Source of the DNA: an uncultured Chloroflexia bacterium
GTDB lineage: Bacteria; Chloroflexota; Anaerolineae; B4-G1; SLSP01
Assembly: GCA_963751345.1 (NCBI GenBank)
Contig: CAVVUS010000029.1
Location: 1-27,656, forward strand
Length of the DNA stretch: 27,656 bases
Reading direction: 5' to 3'
Below the pieces are notes generated by a model. The model had not been told where the DNA came from, did not search any database, and was given only the letters and a program-made list of their open reading frames with translations. Position 1 is the first letter of the stretch; the number at the start of each line of letters is the position of its first letter. Made by a program: the position numbers and the translations under genes. Below are positions 8,438 to 16,845 of the stretch, in pieces.

Positions 8438-9886
8438 CTATTCACCGTCCTCGGATTGCTCCGCGTCCTCATCCTCATTGCCGGCCTGCAGCTTGGCGGC
8501 CTGCTGGGGATTGCCGATGTGCAGCGTGTCGTAGGCCTGCTGGGAGGTCTTAAAGGCCCCCACCCCTTCATGGCCGTGCCAGTCGCCCTGATGATAGATC
8601 GGGTTCGGTAGACCGGTCTCCATCTCGCGCTGCGCGATCCACCGCTCCATCCGGCCCCTCAACAGGTCGACGACGCCGGGCTCCGCCTCCGCGAGGTTGT
8701 TGTCCTCGTGGGGATCCTCGACCAGGTTATAGAGCTCGACCGGTGGTTTGAAGTGGAAGTCCGGCTCCAGCGCCACGATCAGCTTCCACTCGGGCGTGCG
8801 CCAGCCGTGCTTCCTCATCCACGTGCACTCGGTGATATAGAACTCACTGCGATGCGACACGACGTCGGCGGGCCCCCGTCCGAGGGGCATCATGGGGACC
8901 AGGCTCTCCCCGTCGAAGTCGATCTCCGTCTCCAATCCAAGCAGTTCCATCATCGTCGGGACCAGGTCATAGTGCTGCGCGTAGCCCGAGATCCGCTTGC
9001 CCGCGGGCACCTTTGCCGGATAGCGGATGATCAGCGGCACGTGCAAGGTCACGTCATAGATCCCGTGGTGGTCGAACCAACACTCGTGGTCGTAAAGCGT
9101 CTCGCCGTGGTCGGCTGTGATGATGACGAGTGTCTCATCCAGGACGCCGTGGGTTGCCAAGGTGGTGAAGATCGCCTGGATCGCCGCATCCATATAGGCG
9201 ACCGCGCCGTCGTACTGGGCGATGACGTAGTCCTTGTCCGTGATCCCTTGGGGCATCCACTCGGCGAAGTAGTCGCGGAATGGCTTGAACGCCATCACCG
9301 GCTCCATCGACCTGTTCTTGGGGTCACATTCGTTGCCGTGGTAGAAGATGCGCTCGAAGGGGCCGGGCGGAAGATAGGGAGAGTGCGGGTCCATGTGACG
9401 CATGAAGAGCAAGAAGGGTTCCTTCTGCTTGACCAGTCGATCCAACTCGGGGATCGCCACCTCGTTCAGGTTCTCCGCCTTGTGCGAGCGTCCATCCTCC
9501 CCTGGCCCCCACCCGCTGAACTGAATGTAGTTGTCAAAGCCTCGCGAGGCCGGGTTCCCCTGAAATCCCACGCAGGTGCTGGTGTACCCGGCAGCATCCC
9601 GGAGAATCTCAGGCAGCGTCGCCACCTCCGGGCGCAGCGGCCCCACGTGACGCAGGGCCACGACCTGGGTGCTGAAGACATCCATACCCGTGAGCATATT
9701 GGAGTAGCCGCTGGTGGTGGGGATGTGCGGACTGTAGTAGCGCTCGAAGAGTGTCCCCTCCCGCGCGAACGCATCCATATGGGGTGTCGTCAACCGTGGG
9801 TAGCCATAGGTACTCATATGGTCCGCAAGCAGCGAGTCGATGCCGATAAACACGATATTCGGCGGTCTGCGTCTTCCTGATGGCAT
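8438..9886 (-). CDS. Sulfatase-like hydrolase (alkaline phosphatase superfamily) lacking the C/S-x-P-x-R motif
   Basis: PNIVFIGIDSL, TTPHMDAFAREG, SPHIPTTSGYSNMLTG, HMDPHSPY, YDGAVAYMD, IITADHGE, HVPLII, ELYNLVEDPHE. RBS GGAGG before ATG 9886. Confidence 0.88.
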   Translation of the reverse strand: MPSGRRRPPNIVFIGIDSLLADHMSTYGYPRLTTPHMDAFAREGTLFERYYSPHIPTTSGYSNMLTGMDVFSTQVVALRHVGPLRPEVATLPEILRDAAGYTSTCVGFQGNPASRGFDNYIQFSGWGPGEDGRSHKAENLNEVAIPELDRLVKQKEPFLLFMRHMDPHSPYLPPGPFERIFYHGNECDPKNRSMEPVMAFKPFRDYFAEWMPQGITDKDYVIAQYDGAVAYMDAAIQAIFTTLATHGVLDETLVIITADHGETLYDHECWFDHHGIYDVTLHVPLIIRYPAKVPAGKRISGYAQHYDLVPTMMELLGLETEIDFDGESLVPMMPLGRGPADVVSHRSEFYITECTWMRKHGWRTPEWKLIVALEPDFHFKPPVELYNLVEDPHEDNNLAEAEPGVVDLLRGRMERWIAQREMETGLPNPIYHQGDWHGHEGVGAFKTSQQAYDTLHIGNPQQAAKLQAGNEDEDAEQSEDGE

Positions 9887-10114
9887 AAATGTCCCTCCTA
9901 GTCTCTTAAGATGGGAATACGATACGCAGGCGTGAGATGATGCCGGGGCGCCGGGCAAGGACAACGGTATCGCACATTACAGACACACACGAAACCAGAG
10001 TGCGGTGCGGCACCCGCCTCCCGGATTGAGCATCTGACTTCATCCATTCTCCACTAAGCCTATCATGAGATTAGGACAATTGCATTAAAAAAAGTGCCCG
10101 ATAGTATAAGGAAA

Positions 10115-10142
10115 TTGCCAAATCGATCCCCAATCCTATAAT
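10115..10142 (+). promoter_or_regulatory. Sigma70-type promoter for the AraC regulator
   Basis: TTGCCA (10115-10120), 16 bp, TATAAT (10137-10142) in an AT-rich divergent intergenic region. It implies a nearly leaderless transcript for ATG 10153. Confidence 0.65.
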
Positions 10143-10152
10143 GGTGGTCACC

Positions 10153-11037
10153 ATGAACGCGCAGGACATACTCAGCGACTCATTCTTCACGGAACCGGAC
10201 CTGCCGCTCTCGCTCCGGCTCACCCATCAGACCGATCTCCGCCCCCATATGCACACCTTCATCGAGCTGGTTATGGTGGTGGGCGGCAGTGGCACTCACG
10301 TGATCCAGACCGAGTGCTGCCCGATCACGGTGGGTGACGTCTTTGTCATCCCTCCCTATACGCCGCACGGTTACACGGACACCGACGATCTGACCATCTA
10401 CAACATCCTCTTCAAGGAGCAGATGTTCCGCCGTTTCCAGGAGGAGCTGGGGCTGATCCCAGGATTTCACGGTCTGATCTACCTCGAGCCCTACTACCGT
10501 TCGGTCCGCGGTTTCGCGGGCCGGCTGACGCTCACCCCCGACCAGATCGTGCAGGCGATGTCGCTCGTCACGCGTCTGGAGCACGAATGGAACAGCCGTT
10601 ACGACGGTCGCAAGATCATGATCGAGAATCTCTTTATCGAACTGCTGCTCTTCTACTGCCGGAGGTTCTCCGTGGATGCGGGTCCCTCGACACGCGTGAT
10701 GCCGGTGGCCCGTGCCATCGGCTATATGAACCGGCATTTCGCCGAACCCCTGTGCCTGGAGGACCTGGTCACCGTCGCCAATATCTCCAAGCGCAGTCTC
10801 ATCCGTCACTTCAAGAATACGACAGGCCATTCGCCCATGCGCTATCTGCAGCGGGTCAGGGTCGCCAAAGCACGTGCGATGCTGCAGAGAGGGGACCGGT
10901 CGATCACACGGGTGGCGATGGATGCAGGCTTCAACGACCCGGCTTATTTCTCGGCTGTCTTCAGCAGGCACACGGGCGTCTCGCCCAGCCGGTACGCCGC
11001 CGTGGCGGAGCAGGGCCACCCTTCCGCGTCGATTTGA
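10153..11037 (+). CDS. AraC family transcriptional regulator (RhaR/RhaS-like cupin plus double HTH)
   Basis: HMHTFIELVMVVGGSGTH cupin and C-terminal SITRVAMDAGFNDPAYFSAVFSRHTGVSPSRY signature. ATG 10141 overlaps the -10 box, so 10153 is preferred. Confidence 0.92.
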   Translation: MNAQDILSDSFFTEPDLPLSLRLTHQTDLRPHMHTFIELVMVVGGSGTHVIQTECCPITVGDVFVIPPYTPHGYTDTDDLTIYNILFKEQMFRRFQEELGLIPGFHGLIYLEPYYRSVRGFAGRLTLTPDQIVQAMSLVTRLEHEWNSRYDGRKIMIENLFIELLLFYCRRFSVDAGPSTRVMPVARAIGYMNRHFAEPLCLEDLVTVANISKRSLIRHFKNTTGHSPMRYLQRVRVAKARAMLQRGDRSITRVAMDAGFNDPAYFSAVFSRHTGVSPSRYAAVAEQGHPSASI

Positions 11038-11087
11038 TGTCCCGTCACGCCTGGGTGCGTATCACTCTCTTGCAGCTACACCGCTTG

Positions 11088-11219
11088 TCGTAGAGACGGG
11101 CCGGTGGCCGTCTTCCGGCGTGCAGACACCACTGGACGCCGATGTGATCTTCGTCGTGAGCAACCTGGTACCGACGGTAATGCTACGTCCGGATACGGGC
11201 CACCGGCCCGTATCTACGA
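11088..11219. repeat. Inverted pair of GTAG-family REP elements between convergent genes
   Basis: TCGTAGAGACGGGCCGGTGGCCGTCTTCCGG (from 11088) and its near reverse complement CCGGATACGGGCCACCGGCCCGTATCTACGA (11189-11219). Each is a GTAG tetranucleotide followed by an imperfect hairpin. Confidence 0.78.
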
Positions 11220-11242
11220 AAGCAAGGGCCGACGCACACTCG

Positions 11243-12269
11243 TCAGGCCTCCTTCGCAGCGTTGGCCATCGCCACCAGGTTCTCCACCGAGACATTCGGC
11301 AAGAGTGCCTCGTGGCTGGGTGAGACAACATACCTAGGCCCAAAGACCTCCTTGAGCCGGCGGACTTCGGCAGTCACCTCCTCCGGCGTGCCGAAGGGCA
11401 GGAGTTGCTGGGTATCCACCCCACCGATCCAGACCAGTTCCGGGCCGTACTTGCGCACCAGGTTTTCCGCGTCCATCCCTCTGGCCAGTGCCTGAAGGGG
11501 ATGCAGACCGTCGACGCCGGCATCGATCAGCGCAGGGATCGCCTTCTCGATGGCACCGCACGAATGAAGGACCACTTTGTAACCGTAGGATTTGGCCTGC
11601 GCCGTGAACTTCACAAAGGAGGGCAACACAAACCGCCGAAAGAGCTTGGGGCTGATCAGCAGGTCCAGCTGTGTCCCGAAGTCATTGCCGAAGAAATATG
11701 CGTCCATCCCGTGCCCAACGGCAGCGAAATACCGCCGGTTTGCCTCCAGGGTAAACTCGACGACATGGTCGGTCACGGCCTCGACCACCGCCGGGTCGGT
11801 GTACATCTTGACGAAGTAGTTCTCCATCCCGAAGAAGTCGGCCACGGTATGGAAGAAGGAGCCCCACATGCCCGAGAAGACGTAGAAGCCGTGAGAACGC
11901 GCGAGCTCGATGTGAGCCAGGACCTCGGTGAAGTCCAGGTCGTCGGGGTCGGGCCAGTCGAACGCCTCGACCACGCTGACCGTAGTGGCTTCGGCGAAAA
12001 CGCCCGGCTGGCTGAGACTGGTGCGCGTTCGTCCTCCCAGAACATCGAACATCGGCCGCCCGTCGGGCTGGCTGCCAGCCCGCATCGGCGGGGATCCAGA
12101 CGAAGTCGTCGCCCAGCGCGACGGAGAGGCCCATGTCGTCCTCCACGCCGAACGCGGGGTAGTAGATGGGCGTCGAGTCGGCGTGCGGGTTGCCGTGCCA
12201 GAAGCCACAGCGATCAGCACCACCGCTGAAGATCGCCTCCATTCTTTGTCGACCGCTCATCTCACTCAT
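11243..12269 (-). CDS. Uroporphyrinogen decarboxylase / MtaA-CmuA-like family protein (frameshift near 12070)
   Basis: N-terminus MSEMSGRQRMEAIF joins after one indel to FDWPDPD, FGMENYF, GNDFGTQLDLLISP, LHSCG, GGVDTQ, VSPSHEAL. Confidence 0.85.
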
Positions 12270-12325
12270 ACCAGATTCCCCGTCGGCTACGTGCTGCGGA
12301 TCGCTGCGATCCATCCGCACGATCG

Positions 12326-14443
12326 CTACGCGACCTCGGAGTACAGATGTCTCCCGATGATGTGGGATTGATACTCGGGGCTGAGATCGACGAAATAGGC
12401 GCTCCACCCCCACACACGCACGATCAGATTGCGATGCTGCTCCGGATGAACGCGGGCGTCCAGAAGATCTTCCACCCTGACCGCGTTGAGTTGTAGCTGC
12501 TGGCAACCCAACCGCGCGAAGGCACGCACATACATGGCAACAGACCGGATCGATTCCTGATCACTGAAGACCGTGTCGGAGAGCTCTACCGTGATGGGAC
12601 CGCCATTGCAGATACGTCCATAGTCGATCTTGCTGAAGGACTGGAGGACCGAGGTCGGCCCGGAGACCCGCGCATTGTTTGCGGGCGCCAGGTTCGCACT
12701 GAAATAGTCGCCGCGCCGCCGGCCGTTGGCCGTCGCCCCCACGACAGGCTCGCGCATGCCCTCGCGTCCCCGGGCCAGCCAAACATAGTACATCGCCGAA
12801 CCTGTTCCAGGTCGTACACAGCCGCCGCGACCATTGTCCTTCACCGCCTCACAGGCGTCGGCAAAGGCGTCATAGAGCCAGACCAGCTCTCGATCCGCGG
12901 CGTCGTCGTTGTTGCCGACCTTTGGCGCCCGGTTGGACAGCCGCGCCCGCAGACGCTCCGCATCGGCGAAGTCCGTGTCCAACGCTGTGAGGAGTTCGTC
13001 GGGGGAGACGCTGCGATCCTCGAAGACACACTGCCGTACGGCGGCCAGCGAGTCGGCGCCATCGGCGGACCCGGCGCCGTGGATGCCGTAGTTGTTGTAT
13101 CGCAAACCTCTAGAGAGATCGCGCCCCTGACCGAGACACCCATCCATCAACACCGAGTAATACGGCGCGGGCGCCAGAATCAGGTTGGCATAGGCATCCG
13201 TGAGCGTGGCGACCTGGGCTCCGATGTCCGCGCGAACGCTCTCCAACACCTCATCGTATGGTCCACCGGACGCCAGCACTGCGCGGATGCCGGCATCGAC
13301 CGCCGCCGGGAAAGAGACCGCCCCGATGTTGACGACTTCCATACCCTTGCCCGGGATGATGAACTCCCAGCAGGCCGCCACCGTGAAATCGCGGGCATCC
13401 GCCAGATCGTAGCCGTGAGCGACCAACGCGGGGATGACAACCGCGTCGTTGGAGTATTGGGGGAAGCCCAGGCCCTTGCGGGTCAGGTCGGTCGCGAGTT
13501 CCAGTAGCGCCAGATCCGTGTCGGGGTTGATGCGCAAGTTGATCTTGGGGTCGATCACGTTGGTCGCCAGCGCCACCTCGAGGGCCAACCATGTCAGCCC
13601 GTTGACGCCATCGCCACCATCGGGACGCATCCCGCCCAGCGTCAGTGTCTGACCGTTGTCGCCCTGCTGGACGCCCGGATAGAGGTCGCTGTCCTTGTTC
13701 AGCGAGAGGAAGAACTCGGCAAGCAGTTCGCCGGCGCTGTCCATAGTCTCACGGCCCGCCTCGAGGTCAGCCTGAAGATAGGGCCACATATATTGATCGA
13801 AGCGACCCAGGCCCACATGGTTGTGTCCGCTGAGCCAGACCACGGCCTGCAGCAAGCGGAGCGCCTGCAGCGCTTCCCAGAACGTGCGCGCCGGCCGCGC
13901 GGGCACCTGCTGCAAGATCTCAGCAATCTCAGGGCGGTTCTGCGCAATGGCAGTATCGGCGTACCGGGCAGTCAGATCGAGGACCGCATCGATCGTCTCG
14001 ATGGCCCCATCCAGAAACGCCACAGCCTCTGCCCCCGTCCGAGGGGCGTCCTCCGCTCTCCGCTGTCGCGTTTCAAGAGCCAGCTCCCGACGCCCCAGCA
14101 ACCCTGTGGAGAGAACCATACCCCAGTCGGCGCAGATGTTGCCGATGGTGCCCAGTTCGTGTACACAGCCATCGCACTTGATCGCTTCCCACTCCGCCTT
14201 GCTATAGACGGGAGGCACCGCCGGCAGCGTCCGCGTGAAGACGATCCTCTCGTCCGGCGCGATGACCGGGAGCTCGGCCTCACACATACGCCGGGTCAGT
14301 CGTGCCGATCGCTGCATCCCGGATAGGCCAAGGGCTTCACACTCCGAGAGGACGTCGGGCGATCGTTCTTGGCGCCACCGCAGATGGTCGCCACGCCGCA
14401 CACGTTCCCGCATTCCCACCAATCGATCACTCAAACTGTACAC
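12326..14443 (-). CDS. Glycyl-radical enzyme (PFL-like family), uncharacterised type
   Basis: PARTFWEALQ, GLGRFDQYMWPY, QTLTLGG, PKINLRI, G-FPQYSND, Cys loop AACWE, PKVGNNDD, VGATANGR, QLNAV and glycyl loop NLIVRVWGWSAYFVDL. GTG start after AGGAGG. Confidence 0.92.
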   Translation of the reverse strand: MYSLSDRLVGMRERVRRGDHLRWRQERSPDVLSECEALGLSGMQRSARLTRRMCEAELPVIAPDERIVFTRTLPAVPPVYSKAEWEAIKCDGCVHELGTIGNICADWGMVLSTGLLGRRELALETRQRRAEDAPRTGAEAVAFLDGAIETIDAVLDLTARYADTAIAQNRPEIAEILQQVPARPARTFWEALQALRLLQAVVWLSGHNHVGLGRFDQYMWPYLQADLEAGRETMDSAGELLAEFFLSLNKDSDLYPGVQQGDNGQTLTLGGMRPDGGDGVNGLTWLALEVALATNVIDPKINLRINPDTDLALLELATDLTRKGLGFPQYSNDAVVIPALVAHGYDLADARDFTVAACWEFIIPGKGMEVVNIGAVSFPAAVDAGIRAVLASGGPYDEVLESVRADIGAQVATLTDAYANLILAPAPYYSVLMDGCLGQGRDLSRGLRYNNYGIHGAGSADGADSLAAVRQCVFEDRSVSPDELLTALDTDFADAERLRARLSNRAPKVGNNDDAADRELVWLYDAFADACEAVKDNGRGGCVRPGTGSAMYYVWLARGREGMREPVVGATANGRRRGDYFSANLAPANNARVSGPTSVLQSFSKIDYGRICNGGPITVELSDTVFSDQESIRSVAMYVRAFARLGCQQLQLNAVRVEDLLDARVHPEQHRNLIVRVWGWSAYFVDLSPEYQSHIIGRHLYSEVA

Positions 14444-14579
14444 GCTTGCGTCCTCCTACCAAGCCGGCACCCACCGGACAAGAGCATCCGGACAGGCGCC
14501 CTCAGCGATATCACGGGCAGACGGCCCGGAACCCAATTCACCAATGTCGACGTCGCGGGCACATCGACGAGACACGTCG

Positions 14580-14588
14580 ATTGTACCA
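14580..14588 (-). promoter_or_regulatory. Extended -10 element upstream of the glycyl-radical enzyme gene
   Basis: TGGTACAAT (TGn-TACAAT) on the minus strand about 140 bp upstream of GTG 14443; no clear -35. Confidence 0.45.
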
Positions 14589-14654
14589 CCGCGTCCTCGA
14601 TCTGCCGGTCTACCACCGCCGGATCATAGATCCGGCTCGAACATACAAAACACC

Positions 14655-14707
14655 CTTCTACACCGTTCCCGGCGGATCTGCGATCCGCGGAGAACGAACG
14701 GTAGAAG
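14655..14707 (-). terminator. Long imperfect hairpin after the GH51-like gene, possible terminator
   Basis: CTTCTAC...GCGGATC-TGC-GATCCGC...GTAGAAG stem, followed on the minus strand by GGTGTTTTGT. Confidence 0.35.
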
Positions 14708-14736
14708 CTCGGGACGCGCTACCTCTCACCAGCGGA

Positions 14737-16762
14737 TCACGCGTTTGAGGCCAGACGCAGAACGGTGAAGGAGTACCCGGGGAAGACGTGCTCCAGATCG
14801 CCGCCATCCCATGCCACCACCCGCTCCTCCGGAACGATCCGCTCGGGCGCCTCAGGCGTGTTCTCCGCATCCAGCGGTCCGGTCAGCGTGGTCACGGAGA
14901 CCTCTCCGGCGACGGGCTCTCTGCCCTGCAGTTTGAGCGTGCAGCCGACAGGCTCGGAACCCAGGTTGAGGACCTTGAGGACGACGACGTCCCCGGCCTC
15001 GCTGCGCGTCGCCACGACGTCGAGCGTGTCAGGTGCATCGAACGCCTCCGACTCCACCAGCAACGGCTGGTAGGCACGCGAGAGCATCTGTTGGGCGTAG
15101 TACGGCGGCATTCCCCAAACCTGTGAGGGTGTGAAGAAAAGCTGCCCCTGATCCCAGGCGTTATCGTTCTGCTGCCACGGCTGCAGGCAGTTGGCCGCAC
15201 TGTCCAGCGCCACCAGCCTCAGACGCTCGAAGGTCATGATGTTGTGGGCGTGGCCGAGGGCGCGCTGCAGATCGTGGCGCCCGCCGTTCTCCTCGAGCAC
15301 GCAGAGCCCGATCCGGTTGTCAGGGTCCGCCTCGTCGATCACCCGCCGGATGAGCGCGATCCCCTCCGCGGCGTCGTGGGCGTCCATCAGGTCATCCCCA
15401 TTGACGTGGACGTCCCACAGGACCTCAAACCCGCGAACCGCCTCGACGACCTTGCGGATTCGCTCGACGTTCTGCGGGTCTCGGAGCGAGCCATCGCCAT
15501 TCGCCCATAGCCCCGCGCCGAGGATCGGCACGATCGTGGGGTCCTTCTCGTGAAGGGCGGTAACGGTCGATCGGATCCGCGCGGCGTAGGCCAGATCGAC
15601 CAGGGGCGGCAGCCCCGGCCCGCGGCGCGCGTGTTCCTCGTTACCGATCTGAATGTAGCGCAGACCGAAGGGCGCCGGATGCCCGTCCCGCGCGCGCAGT
15701 GCGCCCCAGCGGCGTGTCCACCTGCCCGTTGACGTATTCGACAAAGTCGCGAAGATCCTGGATCGTCTCCATCGGGTTGAGCGTCGGCACACAGAGAAAG
15801 CCCGCAGCCTCGCAGAACGCGATGTAGTCGATGATGCCGAAGCCATTGCTGTTGTAGCGGTAGAATGTGCCCCGGTACGGGGGGCGGTCGTGTCGCGGCC
15901 CGATCATCTTCTTCCAGCGGTATCCCGAGCCAGGCACCTGCTGCTCGTGCGCCCAATCGGTGTTGATCATGTAGCCACCGTAGCGAAGAAGCGTCAGCCC
16001 CTGGTCGACGAGGGCCTCGCCGATATCCCGGCGGACCGGCAGTCCGTGGAACCGTCCCCACGGACCGGGTTCGAGACGGACGTAGTCGACCCACACCGTA
16101 GCGGGTGCGCTCAGCAGAACCTCAAACTGCGCAATCTCACCGCTGTCAGTGCCGCCGGTGGTATCGATGGCGTACGACAGGACGTGCCATTGCCCATCCG
16201 CGGGCACGTGCACCACCGTCTCGCCAAAGGCGACGGTATCGGCCGTATCTGTGACGAGAGCAAGGCGCAGGTGGACGGCAACCGTGGCATCCGGGTCGCG
16301 ATCAGGCATTTCTGCCGCGGCAACCAATGTCCCCTCATACCGGCGACCGGCGACAACGTGCAGCCCCCACCGGTTAAGCCCCCGGTTCTCGATGCCGACC
16401 TCGCCGTCGCCGCCGGCAAACTCGATCCGTTGGCTGCGCACCCCGCGCCGCGCCCGCAGTTGGGTGGCCTTAAGTCGTCCCCGTGCGGTGCCGCGCCGGA
16501 AGGGCTGCCAGGAGCGGATCTCGGAGCTGGTCCGAAGGTGCTCGCGCTCCGCCAGACAGCTCACCGTGCCCTCAAGGCCCTCGAAAGCAGGGACCAGATC
16601 GGGCCGGATGTCCATCGGCTCTTCTTCAAAACTCTCACCAAAGATCATCTGGCTGTAGATCCCGCCGTAGACCTCGTGGTTCACATCCTCCAGACAGGCC
16701 CCCGTCAGATAGCGGGATATCGTCCCGAGGACACGTTCGGGATAGACGTCAATTGTGATCAA
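14737..16762 (-). CDS. GH51-like alpha-L-arabinofuranosidase family protein (frameshift near 15710)
   Basis: TTG start after AAGGAG; EDVNHEVYGGIYSQMIFGESFEE, LLRYGG, WKKMIGP..DRP. Removing one base gives TPWGALRARDGHPAPFGLRYIQIGNEE (acid/base motif). C-terminal beta-sandwich ends FPGYSFTVLRL. No signal peptide. Confidence 0.85.
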
Positions 16763-16780
16763 CTGTTTCTCCTTGACGTG

Positions 16781-16841
16781 AGACCTTTGGGGTTTCCTGT
16801 CTCTTGAAGACACTTGCTTGAGAGGGAAACCCCAAAGGTCT
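16781..16841. repeat. REP-like hairpin AGACCTTTGGGGTTTC...GAAACCCCAAAGGTCT
   Basis: Perfect 16-bp arms, identical to the arms at 5290-5348. Confidence 0.8.
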
Positions 16842-16845
16842 TCCC

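Noticed and set aside
12326-14443. Calling the GRE pyruvate formate-lyase (pflB), CutC or diol dehydratase
   Set aside because: No Cys-Cys pair and non-matching loop motifs (AACWE, RVWGW); no microcompartment genes nearby.
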